A stretch of DNA of 31,484 bases. Origin: a virus. Taxonomy: Duplodnaviria; Heunggongvirae; Uroviricota; Caudoviricetes. Position numbers and translations under genes: made by a program. Location: IMG/VR virus record IMGVR_UViG_3300029517_000011; one strand, 5' to 3'. The notes beneath the pieces were generated by a model that saw only the letters and a list, made by a program, of their open reading frames with translations, made no database searches and was not told the DNA's origin. This document shows positions 23,826 through 31,484 of the stretch, piece by piece. Numbering within the stretch: the stretch's first letter is position 1; every line of letters begins with the position of its first letter.

Positions 23826-23835
23826 GGAGGTGGTA

Positions 23836-24579
23836 ATGACCACGCCAAATCCACTGGCAAAGACGAAAGGTGCGGGGACGACGTTCTGGATGTATACCGG
23901 CAACGGCGATGCGTTTGCGAACCCTTTGTCGGACACTGACTGGCTGCGTCTTGCGATGGTGAAGGATCTGCAACCTGGCGAAATGACCGCTGATGCAGAA
24001 GATGACACTTATCTCGATGATGAAGATGCAGACTGGAAAACGACAACCCAGGGGCAGAAATCCGTTGGTGATACTTCGGCGACGCTGGCCTGGCGTCCGG
24101 GTGACAGCGGGCAGAAAAAACTGGTTCAGTTGTTCGACTCCGGTGAAGTCTGCGCGTTTCGTATCAAATATCCCAACGGCACTGTTGATGTTTTCCGCGG
24201 CTGGCTGAGCTCACTGGGTAAAACCATTGCCTCAAAAGACGTGATGACCCGCACAGTGAAAATCAGCGGTGTGGGGCGTCCATATCTGGCAGAGGAGGGC
24301 ACTGAAACTGTGGGCGTTACCGGGCTGACGGTGGCACCGGCATCCGCCAGTGTCAATGTGGGAGCAACCACCACGCTGACCTTTACAGTAAAACCTGACG
24401 GAGCCAGTGACAAAGCGATCAGTGTGCATTCGACAGATCCACAGACAGCCACTGTGACCCTGAACGGACTTGTGGCCACGGTGAAAGGCGTGAAGCAGGG
24501 CAGCGTCAGCATTGTGGGCATGACCGCTGACGGGAATTTTGTGGCTGTGGCTGCGGTGACTGTCAGCGCTGCAGGTTAA
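23836..24579 (+). CDS. Major tail protein V-like with C-terminal Ig-like (Big_2-type) domain (247 aa)
   Basis: ORF track frame 23761-24579; SD AGGAGG then ATG 23836. C-terminal TVAPASASVNVGATTTLTFTVKP...VSAAG is Ig-like as in lambda gpV. Confidence 0.8.
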   Translation: MTTPNPLAKTKGAGTTFWMYTGNGDAFANPLSDTDWLRLAMVKDLQPGEMTADAEDDTYLDDEDADWKTTTQGQKSVGDTSATLAWRPGDSGQKKLVQLFDSGEVCAFRIKYPNGTVDVFRGWLSSLGKTIASKDVMTRTVKISGVGRPYLAEEGTETVGVTGLTVAPASASVNVGATTTLTFTVKPDGASDKAISVHSTDPQTATVTLNGLVATVKGVKQGSVSIVGMTADGNFVAVAAVTVSAAG

Positions 24580-24599
24580 CAGGACGATACTCATCATTT

Positions 24600-24623
24600 G
24601 CCCCGGTTATCCGGGGCTTTTTT
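24600..24623 (+). terminator. Intrinsic terminator/attenuator after the major tail gene
   Basis: Stem GCCCCGG / CCGGGGC with TTAT loop followed by TTTTTT. Confidence 0.65.
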
Positions 24624-24639
24624 GCAGGTGGAGAACATG

Positions 24640-25026
24640 ATGTTTCTGAAACAGGGCACGTTTAATTATGAAAAGCAGTCCGTGGTGCTCAGTGAGCTGT
24701 CCGGGCTGCAGAGAATTGAATATCTGGCGTTTGTTCAGCAGCGAACGGCAAAGTTTGATGCCGAAGAGGGAGAACTGCCGGAGGCTGAACGACAGATTGC
24801 TTTTCTGCGGATGGGGATGGATATCAATGCCTGGCTGGTTTCCCGCTCACTGTGGAATGCGGAACAGTCTCAGGATGTTGAGACGCTTTGCGCATCCGTT
24901 ATTACAACATGGTCGTATGATGCCCTGGGAGCGGGGGCGGAGATGGTTCTGTCGCTGAGCGGTATGGGAGCCATTGAGAATGCCGGGGATTTGGAGCATG
25001 AGGTGCTGACGCCGGAAAAGTCCTGA
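24640..25026 (+). CDS. Tail assembly chaperone G-like
   Basis: ORF track frame 24598-25026; SD GGTGGAGA then ATG 24640. MFLKQGTFNYEKQSVVLSELSGLQRIEYLA resembles lambda gpG (MFLKTESFEH...LSELSALQRIEHLA from memory). Confidence 0.8.
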   Translation: MFLKQGTFNYEKQSVVLSELSGLQRIEYLAFVQQRTAKFDAEEGELPEAERQIAFLRMGMDINAWLVSRSLWNAEQSQDVETLCASVITTWSYDALGAGAEMVLSLSGMGAIENAGDLEHEVLTPEKS

Positions 25027-25364
25027 CGCGGGAAATGCAGTTTGTCATGCGGCTTGCCCGGGAGTTCCGGCGGGCAGACTGGCGGCGGATGCTGTCGGAA
25101 ATGTCGGCCACTGAGCTTGGTGAGTGGGGCGATTATTTCCGGATGCAGAGCTTCAGTGATGTGTGGATGGATGCGCAGTTTGCCTCGCTGAAGGCATTGA
25201 TCGTGAGAATGGTGTCCGGTAGCAGTGATGCTGCGGTGGCTGATTTCAGCCTTTTACCGGAAGAGAACGGGATACCGGAGCGAACGGACGAAGAACTGAT
25301 GCATCTTGGGGAAGGTATTTCCGGAGGTGTGCGTTATGGACCAGATAGCCAACCTGGTCATTGA
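25014..25364 (+). CDS. T-frame segment of tail assembly chaperone, predicted to be made as a G-T fusion by programmed -1 frameshift
   Basis: -1 frame is open from 25002 to stop 25364 (ORF track lists it from an internal ATG at 25035). Candidate slip site G GAA AAG at 25014-25020, four codons before the G stop. Confidence 0.6.
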   Translation, partial: GKVLTREMQFVMRLAREFRRADWRRMLSEMSATELGEWGDYFRMQSFSDVWMDAQFASLKALIVRMVSGSSDAAVADFSLLPEENGIPERTDEELMHLGEGISGGVRYGPDSQPGH

Positions 25365-28300
25365 TTTGGGGATTGATGCGGCAGAGTTTAAAAATGAAAT
25401 TCCCCGTATCAAAAACCTTCTGAATGGTGCAGCCAGCGATGCAGAACGGTCTTCTGCCCGTATGCAGCGTTTTATGGAGCGTCAGACTCAGGCCGCCCGG
25501 CAGACAATGCAGGCGGCTTCTTCGGCTGCAACAGCCGCATCCGTCCATGCGCAGACGGTGGAGAAGAGCGCACAGGCTCATGAACGCATGGCCCGCGAGG
25601 TGGAGCAAACCCGCCAGCGTATGGAGGCACTGAGCCAGAAAATGCGCGAGGAACAGGCGCAGGCCATGGCTCTGGCGGAGGCTCAGGATAAAGCAGCTGC
25701 TGCGTTTTATCGTCAGATTGACAGTGTGAAACAGGCCAGTGCGGGGCTGCAGGAATTACAGCGTATTCAGCAGCAGATCCGACAGGCCAGAAACAGTGGC
25801 GGGATTGGTCAGCAGGATTATCTGGCGCTGATTTCTGAGGTTACGGCGAAAACCCGTGTTCTTACGCAGGCTGAGGAAGAGTCTACCCGACAGAAAGTGG
25901 CGTTTATCCGTCAGCTTAAAGAGCAGGCAACCCGCCAGAATCTTTCTTCTTCTGAGTTGCTTCGTGCCAGGGCTGCCCAGCTGGGGGTAAGCAGTGCTGC
26001 AGAAGTGTATATCCGCAAAATGGAGCAGGCAGGAAAAGCCACGCATTCGCTGGGTCTGAAAAGTGCAGCAGCCCGCCAGGAGATAGGCGTTCTGATAGGT
26101 GAACTGGCCCGTGGCAATTTAGGAGCGCTGAGGGGATCCGGGATAACGCTGGCTAACCGTGCCGGATGGATAGACACACTGATGTCACCGAAAGGCATGA
26201 TGCCAGGCGCGGTTATTGGCGGTATTGCCGCGGCCGTCTATGGTCTGGGTAAAGCCTGGTATGACGGTCAGAAGGAGGGGGAAGAATTTAACCGCCAGCT
26301 GTCGCTGACGGGGCATTATGCCGGAGTCACTGCCGGGCAGCTGTGGACGCTCAGTCGTGCTATTTCCGGGAATGGTATCACGCAACATGCTGCAGCCGGT
26401 GCGCTGGCTCAGGTGGTGGGGAGTGGTGCATTTCGTGGAAACGATATCGGTATGGTGGCGAGAGCTGCCGCACAGATGGAGCGATCGGTTGGCCAGTCGG
26501 TCAGCGATACCATAAATCAGTTTAAGCGGCTGAAGGATGATCCTGTAAATGCCGCGAAGGCTCTGGACAATGAGCTGCATTTTCTTACTGCCACTCAGCT
26601 TGAGCAGATACGCGTCCTTGGGGAGCAGGGGCGGTCCAGTGATGCTGCACGGATAGCCATGTCTGCACTGGCAGAGGAAACCGGTCGGCGTACTGCGGAT
26701 ATTGATAATAACCTCAATGCGCTTGGCAGTACGCTGAAGTATCTGTCTGATTTATGGAGTCGTTTCTGGGATGCGGCCATGAATATTGGTCGTGAAGACT
26801 CGCTGGATGAACAGATTGCCGCTTTACAGGAGAAAGTGTCGCGGGCGAAAAGACTCCCCTGGACGGCATCATCTTCTCAGGTTGAATACGATCAGCAGCG
26901 TCTTAACGATCTTCAGGAGAAAAAACGCCAGAAGGATTTGCAGGATGCAAAAGAGCAGGCAGAGCGGAATTATCAGGAGCAACAGAAACGCCGTAATGCT
27001 GAAAATGCTGCACTGAACCGGATGAATGAAACGGAAGCAGCACGACATCAGCGTGAAATAGCGCGTATTAATGCCATGCAGTACGCCGATCAGGCTGTCA
27101 GGGATGCGGCGATACAACGTGAAAATGAACGTTACGAGAAAGCCCTGGCATCCGGTAAGAAAAAAACACGCGAAACCCGTAATGATGAGGCCACCCGGTT
27201 ATTGCTGCAGTACAGTCAGCAACAGGCACAGGTGGAAGGACAGATTGCTGCTGCCAGACAGTCAGCAGGCATTGCCACGGAAAGGATGACAGAAGCGCAT
27301 AAACAGCTTCTGGCTCTGCAGCAGCGCATCAGCGACCTGGACGGGAAAAAACTGACGGCAGATGAAAAGAGTGTGCTGGCCCGTAAAGATGAACTGATTC
27401 AGGCACTGACGCTGCTGGATGTAAAACAGCAGGAGCTTCAGAAACAGACGGCACTCAACGAGCTGAAGAAAAAAACAATTCAGCTGACCAGTCAACTGGC
27501 TGAAGAAGAGCGCGCTCAGCGTCAGCAACATGACCTGGATATCGCCACGGTGGGTATGGGTGATCAGCAGCGACAGCGATATCAGGTACAACTGAGTCTT
27601 CGCCAGAAATACCAGCAACAGCTGGAGCAGTTGAGGCGGGATAGTGAGCAGAAAGGGACATATAACACGGATGACTACAGAAAGGCCGAGCAGGCGCTGA
27701 CGGAGAGCCTGAACCGACAACTGAATGAGAATCGCCGTTACTGGCAACAGCTTGAAGTTGTACAGGGTAACTGGAAAAACGGAGTCCTGCGTGCATTTCA
27801 GGATTTTACCGTGGATGCAGATAATACGGCAGAAACAGCAGAACAGGTGTTCTCGTCAGCCTTCAGCAACATGGGAAATGGCCTGGCAACTTTTGTCACT
27901 ACCGGCAAACTCAATTTCAAATCCTTCACCTCTTCGGTGCTGTCAGATATGGCGAAAATCCTGGCGCAGGCAACCATGATGAAATCGATAAAAGGGATTG
28001 GCAGTGTACTGGGATTTGATCTCAGCAGCCTTTCCCTGAATGCCAATGGGGGGATTTATCAGTCTGCTGATTTGAGTCGTTACAGTGGCACGGTGGTTAA
28101 CCGTCCGACGTTTTTTGCTTTTGCAAAAGGCGCGGGTGTGATGGGGGAAGCGGGACCTGAAGCCATTCTGCCATTGCGTCGTGGTGCTGACGGTAAGCTG
28201 GGGGTTGTGGCGGATATTGGGGGTTCAGGTATGGCGATGTTTTCCCCGCAGTACAACATCGAGATCAATAACGATGGCACGAACGGGCAGATAGGTCCGG

Positions 28301-28401
28301 CTGCCCTGAAGGCGGTTTATGACCTCGGGAAAAAAGCGGCAGCGGACTTTATGCAACAGCAGGCCCGTGATGGTGGTCGGTTAAGTGGAGCATATCGGTA
28401 A
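25336..28401 (+). CDS. Tail tape measure protein H-like (1021 aa)
   Basis: ORF track frame 25306-28401; SD GGAGG then ATG 25336. Long coiled-coil-rich protein; C-terminal NNDGTNGQIGPAALKAVYD matches the lambda H C-terminus as I recall it. Confidence 0.85.
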   Translation: MDQIANLVIDLGIDAAEFKNEIPRIKNLLNGAASDAERSSARMQRFMERQTQAARQTMQAASSAATAASVHAQTVEKSAQAHERMAREVEQTRQRMEALSQKMREEQAQAMALAEAQDKAAAAFYRQIDSVKQASAGLQELQRIQQQIRQARNSGGIGQQDYLALISEVTAKTRVLTQAEEESTRQKVAFIRQLKEQATRQNLSSSELLRARAAQLGVSSAAEVYIRKMEQAGKATHSLGLKSAAARQEIGVLIGELARGNLGALRGSGITLANRAGWIDTLMSPKGMMPGAVIGGIAAAVYGLGKAWYDGQKEGEEFNRQLSLTGHYAGVTAGQLWTLSRAISGNGITQHAAAGALAQVVGSGAFRGNDIGMVARAAAQMERSVGQSVSDTINQFKRLKDDPVNAAKALDNELHFLTATQLEQIRVLGEQGRSSDAARIAMSALAEETGRRTADIDNNLNALGSTLKYLSDLWSRFWDAAMNIGREDSLDEQIAALQEKVSRAKRLPWTASSSQVEYDQQRLNDLQEKKRQKDLQDAKEQAERNYQEQQKRRNAENAALNRMNETEAARHQREIARINAMQYADQAVRDAAIQRENERYEKALASGKKKTRETRNDEATRLLLQYSQQQAQVEGQIAAARQSAGIATERMTEAHKQLLALQQRISDLDGKKLTADEKSVLARKDELIQALTLLDVKQQELQKQTALNELKKKTIQLTSQLAEEERAQRQQHDLDIATVGMGDQQRQRYQVQLSLRQKYQQQLEQLRRDSEQKGTYNTDDYRKAEQALTESLNRQLNENRRYWQQLEVVQGNWKNGVLRAFQDFTVDADNTAETAEQVFSSAFSNMGNGLATFVTTGKLNFKSFTSSVLSDMAKILAQATMMKSIKGIGSVLGFDLSSLSLNANGGIYQSADLSRYSGTVVNRPTFFAFAKGAGVMGEAGPEAILPLRRGADGKLGVVADIGGSGMAMFSPQYNIEINNDGTNGQIGPAALKAVYDLGKKAAADFMQQQARDGGRLSGAYR

Positions 28402-28730
28402 TGGAGACGTTTCACTGGAAAGTGCGCCCGGATATGAATGTGGTATCAGAGCCGAAAGTGGTGACAGTGAAGCTGGGCGATGGTTATGAACAGCGTCGTG
28501 CGGCGGGACTGAATAACCAGTTGTCGACTTACAGCGTGACGATACGTGTTCGTAAATGTGAACACCCATCTTTAAAAGCCTTTCTGGAACGGCACGGTGG
28601 CGTCCGTGCATTTCAGTGGACGCCACCTTATGACTGGAAACCGATTAGGGTGGTTTGTCGTAAATGGTCGGCAAGCGTGGGGGCGCTGTGGGTAACCATA
28701 ACGGCAGATTTTGAACAGGTCGTGGCATAG
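28401..28730 (+). CDS. Minor tail protein M-like (109 aa)
   Basis: ORF track 28401-28730. METFHWKVRPDMNVVSEPKV...FEQVVA is near-collinear with lambda gpM (MKTFRWKVKPGMDVASVP...FEQVVN from memory). Confidence 0.85.
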   Translation: METFHWKVRPDMNVVSEPKVVTVKLGDGYEQRRAAGLNNQLSTYSVTIRVRKCEHPSLKAFLERHGGVRAFQWTPPYDWKPIRVVCRKWSASVGALWVTITADFEQVVA

Positions 28731-28739
28731 GAGGCTCTG

Positions 28740-29438
28740 ATGCAGGATATTCCACAGGAAACACATCATGAGACGACACGCCTCACTCAGTCAGCCCAGG
28801 TGGTGCTCTGGGAAATCGATCTGACAGAGGTCGGTGGTGAACGTTATTTTTTCTGTAATGAGCAGAACGAAAAAGGTGAGCCGGTTACCTGGCAGGGGCG
28901 GCAGTATCAGGCATACCCCATTCAGGGGACAGGATTTGAACTGAACGGCAAGGGCAGTGCTGCCCGTCCGACACTGACGGTTTCTAACCTGCACGGCATG
29001 GTCACGGGGATGGCGGAAGACCTGCAGAGTCTGGTCGGCGGAACGGTGGTCAGGCGTAAGGTTTACGCCCGTTTTCTGGATGCGGTGAACTTCGTCAACG
29101 GAAACAGCGACGCCGATCCGGAGCAGGAGGTGATCAGCCGCTGGCGCATCGAGCAGTGCAGCGAACTGAGTGCGGTCAGTGCCTCCTTTGTGTTGTCCAC
29201 ACCGACGGAAACGGATGGTGCTGTTTTTCCGGGGCGTATCATGCTGGCCAACACCTGCACCTGGACCTATCGCGGTGATGAGTGCGGTTATAGTGGTCCG
29301 GCGGTCGCGGATGAATATGACCAGCCGACGTCCGATATCACGAAGGATAAATGCAGCAAATGCCTGAGCGGCTGTAAGTTTCGCAATAACGTCGGCAACT
29401 TTGGCGGCTTCCTTTCCATTAACAAACTTTCGCAGTAA
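28740..29438 (+). CDS. Minor tail protein L-like (232 aa)
   Basis: ORF track 28740-29438. Same length and position as lambda gpL; C-terminal Cys cluster (CSKCLSGC). Confidence 0.85.
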   Translation: MQDIPQETHHETTRLTQSAQVVLWEIDLTEVGGERYFFCNEQNEKGEPVTWQGRQYQAYPIQGTGFELNGKGSAARPTLTVSNLHGMVTGMAEDLQSLVGGTVVRRKVYARFLDAVNFVNGNSDADPEQEVISRWRIEQCSELSAVSASFVLSTPTETDGAVFPGRIMLANTCTWTYRGDECGYSGPAVADEYDQPTSDITKDKCSKCLSGCKFRNNVGNFGGFLSINKLSQ

Positions 29439-29442
29439 TCCC

Positions 29443-30186
29443 ATGACAGAGACAGAATCAGAGATTCTGGCGCACGCCCGGCGATGTGCGCCAGCGGAGT
29501 CGTGCGGCTTCGTGGTGAGAACGCCGGAAGGGGAAAGATATTTTCCCTGCGTGAATATCTCCGGTGAGCCGGAGGCGTATTTCCGGATGTCGCCGGAGGA
29601 CTGGCTGCGGGCAGAGATGCAGGGTGAGATTGTGGCGCTGGTCCACAGCCACCCCGGTGGTCTGCCCTGGCTGAGTGAGGCTGACAGGCGGCTGCAGGTG
29701 CAGAGCGATTTGCCTTGGTGGCTGGTCTGCCGGGGTGAGATTCATAAATTCCGCTGTGTGCCGCATCTTACCGGGCGGCGCTTTGAGCACGGGGTGACGG
29801 ACTGTTACACGCTGTTCCGGGATGCTTATCATCTGGCGGGGATTGAGATGCCGGATTTTCATCGCGGGGATGACTGGTGGCGTCACGGTCAGAATCTCTA
29901 TCTGGATAATCTGGAGGCAACGGGGCTGTATCAGGTGCCGTTGTCAGCGGCGCAGCCGGGCGATGTGCTGCTGTGCTGTTTTGGTTCATCGGTGCCGAAT
30001 CATGCCGCCATTTACTGTGGTGACGGCGAGCTGCTGCACCATATTCCTGAACAACTGAGCAAACGAGAGAGGTATACCGACAAATGGCAGCGACGCACAC
30101 ACTCCCTCTGGCGTCACCGGGCATGGCACGCATCTGCCTTTACGGGGATTTGCAACGATTTGGCCGCCGCATCGACCTTCGTGTGA
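29443..30186 (+). CDS. Tail assembly protein K-like (NlpC/P60 plus JAB/MPN-type domains)
   Basis: ORF track frame 29401-30186; ATG 29443 (MTETESEILAHARRCAPAESCGFVV...). HSHPGG motif typical of the JAB/MPN region. 3' end overlaps the I gene as in lambda. Confidence 0.8.
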   Translation: MTETESEILAHARRCAPAESCGFVVRTPEGERYFPCVNISGEPEAYFRMSPEDWLRAEMQGEIVALVHSHPGGLPWLSEADRRLQVQSDLPWWLVCRGEIHKFRCVPHLTGRRFEHGVTDCYTLFRDAYHLAGIEMPDFHRGDDWWRHGQNLYLDNLEATGLYQVPLSAAQPGDVLLCCFGSSVPNHAAIYCGDGELLHHIPEQLSKRERYTDKWQRRTHSLWRHRAWHASAFTGICNDLAAASTFV

Positions 30187-30731
30187 AAACGGGGGCCGAA
30201 GCCATCCGGGCGCTGGCCACACAGCTCCCGGCGTTTCGTCAGAAACTGAATGACGGCTGGTATCAGGTGCGCATTGCCGGGCGTGATGCAGGTGAAACCG
30301 AATTATCTGCCCGTCTTAATGAGCCGCTGGCAAATGGTGCCGTGATCCACATCGTACCGCGCCTGGCGGGGGCTAAAAGTGGCGGCGTATTTCAGGCTGT
30401 GCTGGGGGCGGCGCTGATTGCGGTGGCATGGTGGAACCCTGCAGGCTGGCTGGGTGCTGCGGCTTTATCGGGCATGTATGCGGCAGGAGCCAGTATGATC
30501 CTAGGCGGTGTGGCCCAGATGCTGGCACCGAAAGCCCGGACGCCCACAGCGACCAGCACGGATAACGGTAAGCAGAACACCTATTTCTCGTCACTGGATA
30601 ACATGGTTGCTCAGGGCAATGTTCTGCCTGTTCTGTACGGTGAAATGCGTGTGGGGTCGCGGGTGGTTTCTCAGGAGATCAGCACGGCAGACGAAGGTGA
30701 CGGTGGTCAGGTTGTGGTGATTGGTCGCTGA
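30084..30731 (+). CDS. Tail assembly protein I-like (215 aa)
   Basis: ORF track 30084-30731. MAATHTLPLASPGMARICLYGDLQRFGRRIDLRVKTG is very close to lambda gpI as I recall it. Confidence 0.85.
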   Translation: MAATHTLPLASPGMARICLYGDLQRFGRRIDLRVKTGAEAIRALATQLPAFRQKLNDGWYQVRIAGRDAGETELSARLNEPLANGAVIHIVPRLAGAKSGGVFQAVLGAALIAVAWWNPAGWLGAAALSGMYAAGASMILGGVAQMLAPKARTPTATSTDNGKQNTYFSSLDNMVAQGNVLPVLYGEMRVGSRVVSQEISTADEGDGGQVVVIGR

Positions 30732-30750
30732 TGCAAAATGTTTTATGTGA

Positions 30751-30777
30751 AACCGCCTGCTGGCGGTTTTGTCGTTT
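30751..30777 (+). terminator. Hairpin with T-rich tail between I and J (weak terminator or attenuator)
   Basis: Stem AACCGCC / GGCGGTT with TGCT loop followed by TTGTCGTTT. Confidence 0.4.
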
Positions 30778-30791
30778 ATGGAGCATGACGA

Positions 30792-31484
30792 ATGGGTAAA
30801 GGCAGCAGTAAGGGGCATACCCCGCGCGAAGCGAAGGACAACCTGAAGTCCACGCAGTTGCTGAGTGTGATCGATGCCATCAGCGAAGGGCCGATTGAAG
30901 GTCCGGTGGATGGGTTAAAAAGCGTGCTGCTGAACAGTACGCCGGTGCTGGACAGTGAGGGGAATACCAACATCTCTGGTGTCACGGTGGTGTTCCGGGC
31001 AGGTGAGCAGGAACAGACACCGCCGGAGGGATTTGAATCCTCCGGATCCGAGACGGTGCTGGGTACGGAAGTGAAATACGACACGCCTATCACCCGGACC
31101 ATCACGTCGGCAAACATCGACCGTCTGCGCTTTACCTTCGGTGTGCAGGCACTGGTGGAAACCACCTCAAAGGGTGACAGGAATCCGTCGGAAGTCCGCC
31201 TGCTGGTTCAGATACAGCGTAACGGTGGCTGGGTGACGGAAAAAGACATCACCATTAAGGGCAAAACCACGTCGCAGTATCTGGCCTCGGTGGTGGTGGA
31301 TAACCTGCCGCCGCGCCCGTTCAACATCCGGATGCGCAGGATGACGCCGGACAGCACCACAGACCAGCTGCAGAACAAAACGCTCTGGTCGTCATACACC
31401 GAAATCATCGATGTGAAACAGTGCTACCCGAACACGGCACTGGTTGGCGTGCAGGTGGACTCGGAGCAGTTTGGCAGTCAGCAG
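30792..31484 (+). CDS. Host-specificity / central tail fibre protein J-like, N-terminal 231 codons (continues beyond the window)
   Basis: ATG 30792, open to the window end (not in the ORF track because no stop is reached). MGKGSSKGHTPREAKDNLKSTQLLSVIDAISEGPIEGPVDG is essentially the lambda J N-terminus as I recall it. Confidence 0.85.
   Translation, partial: MGKGSSKGHTPREAKDNLKSTQLLSVIDAISEGPIEGPVDGLKSVLLNSTPVLDSEGNTNISGVTVVFRAGEQEQTPPEGFESSGSETVLGTEVKYDTPITRTITSANIDRLRFTFGVQALVETTSKGDRNPSEVRLLVQIQRNGGWVTEKDITIKGKTTSQYLASVVVDNLPPRPFNIRMRRMTPDSTTDQLQNKTLWSSYTEIIDVKQCYPNTALVGVQVDSEQFGSQQ

Noticed and set aside
26185-27747. Multiple minus-strand ORFs (up to 161 aa) inside the tape-measure gene
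   Set aside because: Antisense ORFs within a 3-kb repetitive coiled-coil gene; low-complexity Leu/Gln-rich translations.

Overview
This window is about 31.5 kb of a lambdoid prophage of the E. coli / Enterobacteriaceae type, a mosaic of Qin-like early genes and a lambda-like tail module. Left to right: an immunity region (DicA-like repressor and DicC-like Cro with palindromic operators on both flanks), a replication gene containing five 23-bp iterons, a nin-like region carrying morons (methyltransferase-like gene, an IS element with an rve-type DDE transposase, flxA with a sigma-28 promoter, relB-relE-hokD, a DUF968-type protein, rusA), antiterminator Q, an AT-rich three-gene cassette on the opposite strand, four tRNA genes, the lysis cassette (dual-start holin, SAR endolysin, Rz/Rz1), a Rha-like regulator, a cos-like site, terminase, portal, a protease-capsid fusion, and tail genes Z, U, V, G/T, H, M, L, K, I and the start of J. 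The strongest candidate for an undescribed system is the inverted low-GC cassette at 10565-12113 (one 293-aa soluble protein plus two small membrane proteins), which I could not assign to any family. All calls rest on reading the sequence and recalled family features; no database search was run, so protein-family names are recollections to be verified.
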